64,000 nucleotides of DNA, taken from Epiperipatus broadwayi. Its lineage: Eukaryota > Animalia > Onychophora. The notes below the pieces were generated by a model. That model was not told the origin of the DNA, did not search any database, and was given only the letters and a program-made list of their open reading frames with translations. The translations under genes and the position numbers were made by a program. The stretch covers positions 18,848,001 through 18,912,000 of the forward strand of contig JAQFVV010000006.1 of assembly GCA_028023455.1 (NCBI GenBank), read 5' to 3'. This document shows, piece by piece, positions 51,600 through 64,000 of this stretch (position 1 is its first letter; every line of letters starts with the position of its first letter).

Positions 51600-51875
51600 T
51601 GAAATTAAGTTGTTGTCCTCCAAAGTTTATTTGCCTTACAATACACTGCCTACATCATGAAATAAAATCTGAGGCATTTGAAATGAATGCTGGTGTCAAG
51701 GATGTGTGCTAGTTTCAATTTTGTGATCTTTGGGACTGTTTTTAGATAACCTTATGAAATAGGCATCAAGTTGCACTACAGATTTGATAATGAAATTTTT
51801 AATTTGAATTGATTAAAAGGAAAAATTGACAGTACACTGATAATTGTGTTGTTTTTGCCCATTCAAAAGATGATA
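51600..51875 (+). mobile_element. Decayed RTE (BovB-like) RT fragment
   Basis: CCPPKFI...SEAFEMNAGVK.GCVL...IKLHYRFDNEIFNLN*LKGK...CVVFAHSKDD. Confidence 0.7.
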
Positions 51876-52468
51876 TCTATATCAAGTCTTTTATCAGCCG
51901 ATCATAGAAGAAAAATCTTCAGAAACATTTAGCTTGGATCTTTATTAATTTGGGAATGTTAGCCAATTTAAATATTGTAGCAGCTTTTTAACCTAGAAAC
52001 ATGGACTTAGATGCGAGGGACATGGATTTTAATATGCTGCTATTGCTTGAAAGATAGGATATTTCATTATAATGTCTACTTATGACTCATCTAATACTTC
52101 TTTGTAACTGTTGAAGTTATGCTAAAATATTTTTTAGAATATTGTTAAATAAACTCCAGCTCTCTTTAACAAATTAAACTATCCCCAGTTTATTATTTTA
52201 CCTCTGGCAGACATATTTATTAAGCAATGTTGGCATACGAAAAAATTGCAACAGATGTGTAATGAAAATGCCTGTCAAATAAGATTGGAATAAATATTGA
52301 TTTTAAAAATGCTTGTGACATTGTTAACCTTCAACTATTTAGATAAATAGATATGTAATATTATTCTGGAAGAATCTAACACTCATGTGTGAACTAATAA
52401 ATTATATAAAAAATTGATCCGCATCAACTAAAAAAACTATAAAATTCTCCTCAATATTTTGGATTTTA

Positions 52469-52545
52469 AAAGGCATTGCTCAAGAATCCCCTCTTGCTCC
52501 TGCTTTATTTACTATCTGCATTGATTCACTTTTAAGAGACCTGTG
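52469..52545 (+). mobile_element. Non-LTR RT motif fragment
   Basis: KGIAQESPLAPALFTICIDSLLRDL, similar to G..QG.PLSP.LF...ID.LL. Confidence 0.5.
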
Positions 52546-54907
52546 GTAATATTTCTAGAATATTTGTTCCATACCTTAGTCGACTATGTCAGTGATGTTG
52601 CATTAATTACCAGAGAATTTTCCAATATTTTTATTATGAGAAATACTTAAAAAAATGGATCAGGAGACAAATCTTCGACATAGCAAATATTAACAGGAAG
52701 AAATCAACATTCCAGCTGTTGTAACTAAATGCCTTTATATTTGATATATATAGTTCAATGACCAAAACATATTTAGTAATTATAATCACTAATAAATTTT
52801 TGATTAAGTAATTAATTTTCAATCTGGTTAAATGCTACCTGAAAATAAAAATAATTCTATTCTGAAAGATCTCTTGACATACTATACATCTCAAACTCAT
52901 ATAACTAATACGACAATAGCACATACTAATAAATATGTAAATAATTATTTATATTGAACAGGATTGAAACTTTTATCATACAATACTCTAAGAATTTCAA
53001 ATTGAAACAATGGTCTTGGATTAATTGAAGTCTTTTTGTCAATTCATAAAAAGTAAGGCATTTGAAAGATTATATAGTGACCCTCTATTTAACATCAACT
53101 TTCCTAACTGATAGCCATAATGATATGATAAAATTGGTAAAAACATCATTCTTTGTAAAATGAGATTTATCATTGATGATTCATCCCCAAATTCAGCCAT
53201 ATTACCTACCAATTAGTAATCCATTCTTCCATAAAAGTGTTAGTAAATATGTTATTGAATGAATTATTAACTTATACAGCAGAATCGATTTTTGTAATGT
53301 TACCACCAATAATATTTCTCAACAAATTTGTAAATTAAGTAGATTAAGTGAAGAAATTGACTATTGTTCCTTTTTCAGTAACTTAAGATCAAGATTAGTA
53401 TTTTCCAATGATCCATTAAGCAAAATTTTGACATTATTGACAAAAATAAAACAATAAGAGCCAATAATCACATCTGAAATTTTTATGTTAATAAGATGCA
53501 AAGTAATTTCCAAAACAAGCATTATTATTCTGTTCAACAGTTCCATGAATACTGGAAATCAAAAATTCAAATTTATCCTGAGGACACAGAACTTATTTAA
53601 TTCATGGAATCCATTATGACTTAAGTGAAATGCTGATTTACAATCACAAATACTTAGTTTGAAAATCATAAATGAAAATAACCAGCAAACTACATGAATG
53701 TCCTTCTGCATGTAACATGTTAAGTTTTGGCCATAAATATGCTACAGATTTTTTGCTTTATATATATAAATTATTCTATATATAGTAAAATAAATTACTT
53801 TTTTAAATAATTACTGCATTTCAATTATTTATATAGGTAGATGTTATTTTGCTAATATATTGTGTGGAAATCAGACTTAGTTTCTCTATTGATTCCATAA
53901 AAACATTAGAAAAATATTTATTTGAAGGAATTTTAAAAATACTATGGCAAGATCATTAATTCTAATCAATATGTTCATAAGCTTTTAAGATGTGATATTA
54001 TAAAATTGCATCTTGTCTGGGTTGAACATGTGAAATAAATGAAGAACAAAAGACTTACTAAATAGTTTTTTATAGTTTTCATGGAAATGGGGTCTTTCAG
54101 AAAGTTTACTGCATAATAATTAAAGACAGCATTGCAAAATATCAAATAAGCAACATAATGAACTAGTATATTCTGTATGTGAACATGTTTATGATTCGTG
54201 ATTGGTTTGTATAATTATTACAAAAATTTTATCACTAGTTTATTAAAATTATTTTTGTCTATAATTTTCCTCCATTAAAATTGAAATGATCATATTCCTT
54301 TGCAAGTTGTTGCAGATTTACTTTGAATCTATCAAATCCATGTCCATAATGCTAAATTGGAAGCAATAGGCACAATAGCTGTTTTCTACTCTGTATTGGG
54401 CTACTTTAATATTCCATGGTTTGTCTGATCTCTCTTCAGCTTGATATTTATAGGAACAAAGGCTATGTTTTTTACATTAGAATACCAGTAATGATCCAAC
54501 AGGCTGCTATGAAACAATTATTTTGAGAGCCAATTAACTGGTTCTTTGTTAAAACTAATAAATGTATATTGATAGCGATTTCATTAGCTGCCTTGCTTAA
54601 AGTTTAAGTTTTTATTGAAATGTGAAAGAGAAGAATAATTGAATTACTTTTTTTTTCTTTTCATTTTGTTACATTTTAATTTACAGTATTTTTAACAGTC
54701 ATAATTGACTACTTTAGAGCAGTTATTTTTTTCTAACATTTTTATTTCTTCTCTTGCATAGTCTTAATGATTGACAATTTTTGAATAGTTCCTTTTATAT
54801 CAGTTTGAAAATAGTCTGTTTATTTATTAAAGATTATTTGAAGTTTATTATTTGTTTTCTATTAATCCCATGACAGTTTATTTTTGTGTTTTTATCTTAC
54901 TTTTCAG

Positions 54908-55024
54908 ATTGAAGACAAATGTATGCAGTTGACAAGAGAAAAGAATGACCTCCAGTCCCACTTGGATGACAACGAAGAAGAACTTCAAGATATTATGAAA
55001 AAATACAAAGCTGTTGCTAATCAG
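54908..55024 (+). CDS. Myo18: Myosin-XVIII tail, internal exon 6 of 6
   Basis: cttttcAG / GTagaa; 117 nt: IEDKCMQLTREKNDLQSHLDDNEEELQDIMKKYKAVANQ, matching [39 protein letters not shown]. Confidence 0.92.
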
Positions 55025-56449
55025 GTAGAAAAATCATTTAGTGGCATTTGCATTATAAGCAGATTTTTTTCTTTGGATTTCATGTTTTAGTGCAATAATT
55101 CAGGAATGAAAGAATCCTAAGTCAATTCTCAGCTGAATGAAATTGTTATGTCCACTCTGTTATCACACAATAATCATATTATTATTGTTTGGGAGGGGGG
55201 GGTTGTTTTTTTCAAATGAGAAAAATATATTTAAGGAGTTACTTTAACCAAAAAAATGATTAAATGTATCTATTCTTTGCAGAGAATCTGTTAGGAAGGT
55301 GTTTGAAAGGAGTATTTTGTGACAAAAAGTAATCATCTGTCCGTACTTACCACTATTATCTCAATTTAACAATTGTAAAGGACTACACATTACAAACTTA
55401 ATTGAGCTCAGTTATCTTAAAAAAATAATCAAATTCATTATATCAATAGAATTTACATATTTTCAGAATAAGAATATAAATAAAATCATTTTATGATAAG
55501 CCGCAATTAATAATGACTTGACCTTGGTTATTTTAGTGTAATAATTCATAAACATCAAATGTCACTAAAATTTATGATAGGAATTGTGAGGTGTGTTAAT
55601 GAGATTTGAGTGTCTTTAGTATTGATAATTACATAAGCAATGTGTGCTACACTCATCGCCTAAAATTCAAATTGATTATCAGGTATAACTGGCCCTTAGC
55701 CAATCATCCCATAATAACTATAATAATGGGTATTGAGGCCCATAATTTACTTTTGCATTTAAACATAAGAATAACTTATTATGGATTCATTTTATTTTCA
55801 ATCGATGTTATTAGTAATTGCACCCACTGAAAATAAAGTGTATCCAAAAGGAGTTAATGCTAAGTATGTATTAAAAATAAATGATGGCTTCAGAAGCAGA
55901 GAAGTTCAGATCATTTCTTTTTAAAGTTTGTGATTGTAACTTTAAATATTATCATTTGAGTTTAATACACTATTTCTACTTTTCTTTAAGTAAAAAAATC
56001 TATATACAACTTGTACAAAGATTGATGAGTAATTCAAAATGGATTGTGAAAAAAACAAACACACAAATAATGAAACTAAGACTTTAAAAAGTGTTACGAA
56101 AACATTTATTGCAAATTTTTAGCACATTATGTTAATATTTTACAAAATTATGGAAAATAAGTTTTCCTGTATATTGTAGTTGCAGAAGTAATTTATTAAA
56201 TTCTTTTAAAAAGTGTTTCTTACAGATTCAATACAAAATCAACTTTCTTACATTTAATTACTATTATTATAAACTTACATATCTTAATGATCCCAAAAAT
56301 TATGCGCTTTTACGCTTGTTAGAGAGGCTATATTTATTAATATTTAACATTTTCAAAGCTCCATGGCTTCATATTCATAGCTGTGTGCAGTTGATAGTAA
56401 TGAGGGAGAGTATTCTAATTTATGCTAATTGGTTAGTGCTGTGTTTTAG

Positions 56450-56720
56450 TATTTTATTTTGTTTGGATTAGTTTGTCCATCTTTTTGAAATGGCAAAACA
56501 GGTGTTTTTCTATTGATAAATTGAGTGTCACTATTTATGAAGTATGCTTCCTTTATTTTATGCCTATGATCATCTCTCTCTGCAGACCATTCTGGGGTTG
56601 GTGGGTTCGAATGATGTAAGGACCCATTAAAATTTGTAATAAAGATAAACATATATACAAAAGCAATGTAGGTCATGCCCACACCCTGACATTCTAATCT
56701 GATCATATGAATGGGAAATT
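56450..56720 (-). mobile_element. Decayed PLE GIY-YIG C-terminal remnant
   Basis: IRLECQGVGMTYI...ERDDHRHKIKEAYFINSDTQFINRK resembles the PLE tail E.D...RKIKEA..I.....LNR. Confidence 0.45.
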
Positions 56721-56907
56721 TTTTCAGACCACAAGATGACTTTGAATTTTTTGCCAGATAGGATAAATTTTAAGAGATGCTGGCAAAAAAATGGTGAATA
56801 ACATTGATTATTATCTATTTGGTCATGTTATTGCAGAATAAATCGATTTAAACCACTAAACATACTTGATTACCATTCTTTATGTTTACACAAGCTGTTA
56901 ACACAGA

Positions 56908-59900
56908 GATGCGATGTGCTGTGACTTCTCCTTATTCGGAATCAGGAATATCTCAGTCACTATGCCAAGATAAACCTGTTAGCCATTTTACCTTCCCTTT
57001 CCATTCCCCCTAAGTTTTTCCCATATTTCTTCTCTATCCTGCTCCATCCCATTTCCACAATATAATCTTTGTCAATTCCAAGGCCTTTATATCTAAATCC
57101 CCCTTATCTTTTCCTAAACCCATCATAAAAATCAAGAACCCACTTTCTGTGTAATCACTTTGTTTATATTTATTCTTCCACAACTTCATTATTTGTATCC
57201 TTTCTGCTTGCAGGCATTTACATTCAATTAACAGATGCCTAATATTTTCTATACCTTCCTTACACAAATTGCAAACTAAATCACCCACATTTTTCCATTT
57301 ATGTGTATATTCCTTTGTTGCTAAAGATCCTTATTAAACAGTAAACTACTTTCCTTACTATTATCATAACTTAACTTGCACCCAATATTCTGTTTACCTC
57401 TATATATTTAAACTTTTTACTCTCCACACTAGTTCTCCATTTCTCCAACTCCCTATCCTTTATTAATGCATCTATTGTTCTATCCCATTTCTTGCCACTA
57501 TAACACTCAACAATTTTCCTAGCGCAATCATCTTATCTTTTGTATAAGTATACTGACTGACATATTCTTTATCCAAATTTTCTGCATACTGTGTTACTTT
57601 TCTCACCCATCTTGTCACCTGCCCTTTTAACCCAATTAAATAATATTTTGGCTATTCTCTTATTAGTTATAAACTGCAATTTACCAAACATTTTCATTTT
57701 GATTTTTGCATCTCACTATATAAAAACTTGACCATCCCATTTCTTCTTGAATTGCTTCCTTTGCCATCCATACATCTGCATCTAAAACATGTCTTGCTAC
57801 TTCTTTTGTACTTTTTCTAAATAATGTAACATCCCTTTACTATATCATCACCATATGTTAACCCTGCTATTGCCACTCTCTTCCATACAATTATAGCTAC
57901 ATCATGTTTATTACATGAAAACACTGTTAATTTATTTATCCGTCCCTTTTTTTCTTTATTTCATTTATCCATTTTTTTTCCCATTCATCCAAGCAATTTC
58001 TCTGATTACTTAAGACAATTCCCAAATAGATATACCTATTCACTGCACTTGACTTTATATCTTCCAATAAAAATTCTTTATCTTCCTATTTTCCCATTGT
58101 TACTTTTGATTTTTCTTCACTAAATTTAATCCTGATCTCTTCACCGACCCTTGTGCATGTTCTCAGCATAACTTCCATATCTTTCCTTTTTTCTGTGCTC
58201 AAGAAGATATCATCCACAAATAAAAGACTTGACAATGTATATACTCCCTTGACACCTATTAATGGTATCTCTATCCCTCTTCCTAGTCTTTCTATTATTG
58301 CTCTCTCCATTTCTCTCAAATACAACAAAAACAAAATGGGTGACATAGGGCATTCTTACCTTAGTCCCACCCTATTTTTAACTTTAACTGATTTTATATT
58401 CCCTAATTGATACATATAGTAATTATTTTCATACAATCTCTTAATAAGATCCACTAAAGCTCCATCCATTCCCAAATTTACTAAACTTACTTATAATCTA
58501 TTTCTATTTACACTTATCATATGCCTTCTCTATATCTATAAAAACCATATATAACTGTCTATCTGTATTTCTACTCATATGTATAAGTTGTGAAACTACA
58601 AATGAACTATCTCCTATATGCCTATCCGATCGAAAACCTTCTTACATTTCTCCCACTATATTATTTTCTTTCCATTCATTTTGTGATCCTTCCAGCCACT
58701 ATCTATGCGAAAAATTTTATATATTATTGATGTTACCGCTGTCGGTCTATAATTGCTTAACTTTCTATGATCCTTTCCTTTAAATAGTAGCCTTACTCTT
58801 GTATTACTATAATTATCTGGGAAAAATCTTCTGTGCTATCTTATTAAAACATGATAATAGGTTTAATTTTGCCCTATGTCCAAAATTTCATTACCATCTC
58901 TGCTGCCAATCCATTTAAATATCTTGCCTTTCCATTTTTTCATTTCTTCTCTTTCTCATTCAGTTCATTTTCTGTAAACCTAATATTTCAATTACTATAT
59001 GTTTTTATGTTTGTTATCACTCTGTCCTTCACATCTATATCCATTACATACTTGTTTAAGATTGTCTCTAATTCTTCTCTAGAGTTACCCTCTATCTCAT
59101 CATCTAGTAATACTTTTTATCTCTCTCCTACATTCCTTATTTTAATATATTTCTAAAAAATTTTACTCCCATCTGCTCTACTTTTATTAATATCCCCCAA
59201 CAGCTTATTATTTAATTTCATTCTCTCTATATAATTATCTATTTTAGTTAACTTCTTTTTTAAACATACTTTTCTCATTTAACATTAATATCTTTCTCAC
59301 TTTTTTTTTTTGTTCTTAATAACACACTTATATTCTCTGCATGCTTTTTTTTTCTCTCTTTTATACTTTTACTAATTCTCATTTTTCTATTAACTTTATT
59401 CTTCATATTCTTACCTAAAACCCTACTTGTCACTTTTTCTACTTCACCACACCATTCCTTATATTCATCCTCAACCAACTCGTCCATGATTTCTTCAATT
59501 TTTATTCTTTTAACTTATTTTTATCATTCATTCTTCATCCACATCTTTCACTATCTTTTTTACTTTTATTCTATTTTCCATCATATTACTAACCATTTCT
59601 ATTATAAAAAAATTATGATCAATACTCTCTCTTCATTATCAAACACTTTAATTTTCCGTACTTTATTTATTCCCTCATTCTCTACTAATACATAATCTAT
59701 TGTGTGACATATTATTTCTAGACCATCTGTATTGTCCCTCATAAATATTTGATAAATTTCCAACGCTCAAGTTAACTCTCTGACAAAAATTCTTCAAAAG
59801 CTGTCCATTTTTGTTATTTACATCATCAACTTCTTCAATATGTCCATTCATATCTCCTACAACCATTATTCTCTTTCACTTTTTTTTGAAACTCTGCATA

Positions 59901-61246
59901 TCCTTAGCTAGGCATTCATATATGCTATTGTTCCACTCTGCCACTGTCCATTCTTGTCTTCATAACATTATTTCAAACCACAAATGTTCTTGACATTTAA
60001 CAGTATTTAAATATTTTTTTGACATAACACTTATACCACCATCCCTTTTTTCTTTTCTATACCCTGTTATACCAAGTCTTCCAGTATAGGTTCTTCTTCT
60101 CTTAGATGTGTTACCACTACTGATAGTACCTCAAACTCTTCATTTTGAACTGCTTTGTTTAATTCCAGCCAATTTTTTGGTTTCCTACTATCTTGCACAT
60201 TCAAATATCCAATTTTAACAATTTCTTCTTTCCTAACTACTCTTTTATAAATTCTTTTGACCTTTTCTTCTCTATTACATTTATAAATAACTTGCTTACT
60301 ATTAATTTTACATACCCGTTTCCTCTCCACATGTACATTTATATCTAAATCAGCTTGCAGACTCGTTCCCTCTCCACATTACATTTATATCTAAATCAAG
60401 TACCCTTTGTTTTTTCTTACATCCCGTCCATTCTTCTTCTTTCTGATAACACTGCAATTTAACCCCCGCCCCCTTTATAAGTTTTCTGAACTATTTCCTT
60501 TATAAATCAAACTCTATAAAACTTCACTTCCTTGTTTTGCCAAATGCAATCCATCTTTACTATATAACTCCCTCTTACTAATAAAAAAAATCCCACACAT
60601 CACAAACATAACATCATTTATAGAACATGCCTTATCTGACATATACCTATTGCCATATAATTCAACTATTTTTACTTCTCCTTTAATCTTACTCAAATTA
60701 CTAATTAATTCTATGTACTGCTCTCTCCAATGTCTCTGACAAATTATTTGTCCCTATCATAACATACACATCTCTAATCCCTTACTTCTTTACCTTATCT
60801 ATAACATCCCTAATTCTTGCTCCAGGCAGACATATTCTTACACACCTATTACTGTTTTCCCTTACAATTATATCTCTACATTAGCGAATCTCCTATCAAT
60901 ACTAATTGGGTCATGTGATCTATGACTTATTTTGTCCTATCAATATTGTTCATAGTTTATTTTCCCTACTTCATCCCACCTTCTGGACTTATGTATCTAC
61001 TTCTTTATCATTCCTATACAGTAATTTCTTTATTTGCTCACACTTCATCTCTAATGATTTTAATTTTATTTCTACATCCTTTACCTCTTCCTCTATCTTA
61101 TTTATTCTAGGGTTAACCATCTTCATTGCACTACTTATTTTTTCATCCATATATCCAGTCAATCCACTAAAAACATACTCTATCCTATCTTCCTCAATTA
61201 CATTTTGCTCCATTTCTCCTGACTTTCTCTTTAAACTTACACTTAG
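56908..61246 (-). mobile_element. RTE-X-like non-LTR retrotransposon, 5'-truncated and decayed (ORF1 coiled-coil + SGNH esterase; ORF2 APE-RT-zinc knuckle)
   Basis: ORF2: IGYLNVQ, VVGDMNGH, SPILFLLYL, LLFVDDI, CNLCKEGIENIRHLLIEC. ORF1: LIGDSLM, CLPGARIRDV, IGTNNL, DGLHL. The 3' UTR has a gtgact..agtcac hairpin and a short catc-like tail. The clade assignment is inferred from domain layout. Confidence 0.85.
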
Positions 61247-61249
61247 AAA

Positions 61250-61432
61250 CCACATAACACCACTTAGTGCAAGCCAGAGTAGTCAATATATGCAAGAAAG
61301 TTTGTGAATAAAATCTCCATCTAGTACCTACTCATTCAATATTCCCAGACTAGTTTCTAGCTTGTGGCTTTCATCAGTGAGGAGTTTTGAATCTGTGAGC
61401 ATTGCACCTAGAACATAGGATCTAATGCAACC
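61250..61432 (-). repeat. Hammerhead-bearing repeat, copy A (right half; left half at 56868-56907)
   Basis: Direct repeat of 61700-61870. Confidence 0.8.
61343..61385 (-). ncRNA. Minimal type-I hammerhead motif (family 3)
   Basis: ctcctca-CTGATGA-a agc cacaa gct a-GAAA-CTA-GTC-tggga: intact core, GUC triplet and palindromic ACTAGT stem III. The 10.1:11.1 pair is non-canonical. Confidence 0.55.
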
Positions 61433-61636
61433 CTTTAGCAACCATCTTTTACATTTTTTGTTAACTATAAAGCTTTGAGTCCAAAGTGAAAACACAATAA
61501 TGTTTCCAATTTATGCTCATTTGCTTGTATAATCATATAGATCTGAATTCAGTTCAGCATCTATACATTTTGGTGTCTTTGGTTCTTTAATAACCACAGT
61601 CATCATAACCCTATTGGACAGGATTGGTATTAAATG

Positions 61637-61870
61637 ATCACCATTCTTTATGCCTACAAAAGCTGTTAACACAGAAGCAAAACTGACCACAATAGCATTA
61701 CTTAGTGCAAGCCAGACTAATCAATGTATGCAAAAAGGTTTGTGCAAAAAAATCTCCATCTAGTGTCTACTAATCCAATATCCCCAAACTAGTTTCTGGC
61801 TTGTGCCTTTCATCGGTGAGGAGCCTTGGATCTGAGAGCACTGTATGTAGACCTTAGGACCTAATGCACA
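61637..61870 (-). repeat. Hammerhead-bearing repeat, copy B (uninterrupted; core mutated to CCGATGA)
   Basis: Contains both halves that flank the LINE in copy A. Confidence 0.8.
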
Positions 61871-64000
61871 AGCTCATTTGTATTGATTAATTACTCTGGC
61901 TTGCACTGGATTGTGTTAATATATGGAGAGTTTTGCCTCTGTTAAGTATTGATTATAGTAAAATGCCTATTAGTGTGAAATTTCTGTAATTATCAAAATT
62001 CCTGCATTCATATCTTTGACATTGTCCACTGTAGATAAATATATTAATGATTATCTGGATTAAGAGTGATATAATTTCTACCCTAGAACTGATTAGTCTT
62101 TATTATTAATGCATTTATCTATGATGGATGGTATCAAAGATACAAATACATACATTTTTAGATATAATTATTATAAAACATAAGAGGTTATGACCAGACC
62201 AACTTGCCAAGTGCTGTTTTATACAAAAATGCATCTTTGTGTGAGGAGGAAGGGTCAGATGTCTATTCATATGTTTCATTAGTGGGTGATGACATAGACT
62301 TTATAAACATTCACTGTGAAGCCCTATAATTTAACAGATGCACTGAATCAATAATATAGTCAATTTAAGATTGTATGTGCATTAATTTTATATATGAAAA
62401 TTCTTACTTTGAATTAAATTTTCTTATTGGTTTCAAAAAATTAAATCTGTGGTGGTCATATGAATTTTTTGAAGCTTCTCAAGTTCTTATATATATTGTA
62501 AATTTTATTGGTTTGCAATAATTTGTAAGACAAAATTTTTAAATAAAATATTCATTTTTTCTTGTTATAAAGTTCTATATAGTTAATTGATTGTCAAAGA
62601 ATGTTTTCATACGCTGAATTTTTATAGTCAGCTATGTCTTCTCTTGTTTCCAATAAATTAACCATAATTAAATGAAATGTCTTTTAGCTTTAATACTATC
62701 TTTTTAGTTTTTTGAATAGTCAGGAATTGATTATGTATTATTGCCTTCAGAATTTTAAAAATTATTTTTTATAATTAAAAAAGTTCACTTAAATAGTAAT
62801 ATATGTACATTTTTCAAAGAAGCATTTTGCCAATGCCTTAATTTAAATATGGATTGGGCAAATTTGGAAATTTTTTCAACTTCCAAACATATTTCAATTT
62901 TTTCTTTAGTTTATTGCCAACTCATGTTGCCATCCAAGTATTAATTGACAAATGGATATCAGATAAAACAAATATGGAAAAGCATTAAAAATCTTCACAG
63001 TTCAGTAATTGAAAAATGTGGTATTGCTTTTTTTCTTTACTGTGAATTAAGTTGATGACAAGATGATTATAGTAAATCAAAACTGTTTCTCAGTTATGAA
63101 GACAAAATTAGAGTTGCCGTCTATATGTGAGTTAAAATGCATGATGTTCAACAGTATATAACTGCTGTCAGCTTATAGTTTAAAAGTACAATATAGATAG
63201 TATACTTTATTATTTTTAAATAATTGTAATTATCTTTATAATCACCTCAAAAATTTGGCCCAGGAGCTATTCCAAGACTTTTCCACTTTGTTGAAAATTT
63301 CAGATAAAATTAAAATATCTTTTTTAAACCATCTACTATTTGATGTCTCTGTTGATTTCAACAGGCATTGTAATAATTTTTTATTATAATTAAGCATCTC
63401 TCTTTTTTTTTTTAAATTTATAGAAAGCTCTAACAAAATCAACCTATGTTTAAATGCTGAATATTTATTTACTTGTTGTGGATTGCAGAAATTTTGTAAA
63501 AACCTTGAAACAAAAAACAGTTTTTGTGATTGTGATTAAATTGATTGAATGAAACATATTTTGTTTTTAGCCTCCCTAATAAGAAATGTTTGAGTACTAA
63601 CATTGCAAATTTTTATCACGATTGATCAACACAAGTGATTGTAATCTTTAATATCCTATCATGATTTTTTAGAGGTCAAAATTATAGAAGAAAGAGAAGG
63701 GTTCAGCATGGAAGGCACAATGACACATAATTTAAATATTAGTCTATTATAAAATTTTTATTTCACACTTACAATTCAACACAATCCTGTTCTTGATTTG
63801 TGATACTCTGAAGTGCCACTATCAAGGAGTGTGATTTTAGTATTTATGAGATTGGAAATAGCAAATTGCTAAAGAATTAAATCTAAGAACAAACCTGGAA
63901 ATTAAAAATATCTTGAATGTAATGTAAATGGACTTCACATAAGTGTAAACAAACTTTATTTTTATATTTTATTTTGGATGTCTCTAATATTGATAATATT

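Noticed and set aside
58153-61307. Plus-strand ORFs of 60-133 aa (e.g. 58851-59156, 60906-61307)
   Set aside because: Antisense shadows of the purine-rich minus-strand LINE ORFs.
61260-61870. Direct repeats read as LINE 5' UTR promoter monomers
   Set aside because: The other half of the repeat lies beyond the LINE 3' end (56868-56907), so the LINE interrupts the repeat.
63242-63442. Possible hAT transposase remnant (SRWFKKDILILSEIFNK)
   Set aside because: Similarity is too weak to support a call by eye.
63672-63740. Possible next Myo18 exon after ttttttag
   Set aside because: The translation does not resemble the expected downstream MYO18 segment and hits a stop with no donor.

Overview
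Very AT-rich, CpG-poor animal (invertebrate-like) genomic DNA lying inside one large gene. Six phase-0 GT-AG coding exons on the + strand (5001-5096, 23265-23366, 23493-23603, 34073-34324, 40503-40616, 54908-55024; 264 aa when joined) encode part of the C-terminal coiled-coil tail of an unconventional myosin-XVIII (MYO18A-like). The gene start and end lie outside the window. The introns are a transposon graveyard. (1) A Merlin/IS1016 system: one decayed transposase plus four non-autonomous elements, three with perfect 8-bp TSDs; the three GGTAC-family copies carry an extra internal inverted TIR copy that makes one end a hairpin. (2) Penelope-like element (PLE) remnants, including an RT-thumb/GIY-YIG ORF and about nine minimal hammerhead-ribozyme motifs of several families, two of them in head-to-head inverted pairs. 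(3) A 4.3-kb RTE-X-like LINE with an SGNH-esterase ORF1 that splits a hammerhead-bearing repeat. (4) A CR1/L2-type LINE 3' fragment, several RTE fragments, a deleted mariner, hAT pieces, MITE-like palindromes and a 3.6-kb inverted-repeat structure. A poly-G tract at 36.9-37.3 kb looks like a sequencing or assembly artefact. All family calls come from motif recognition by eye, not from database searches.
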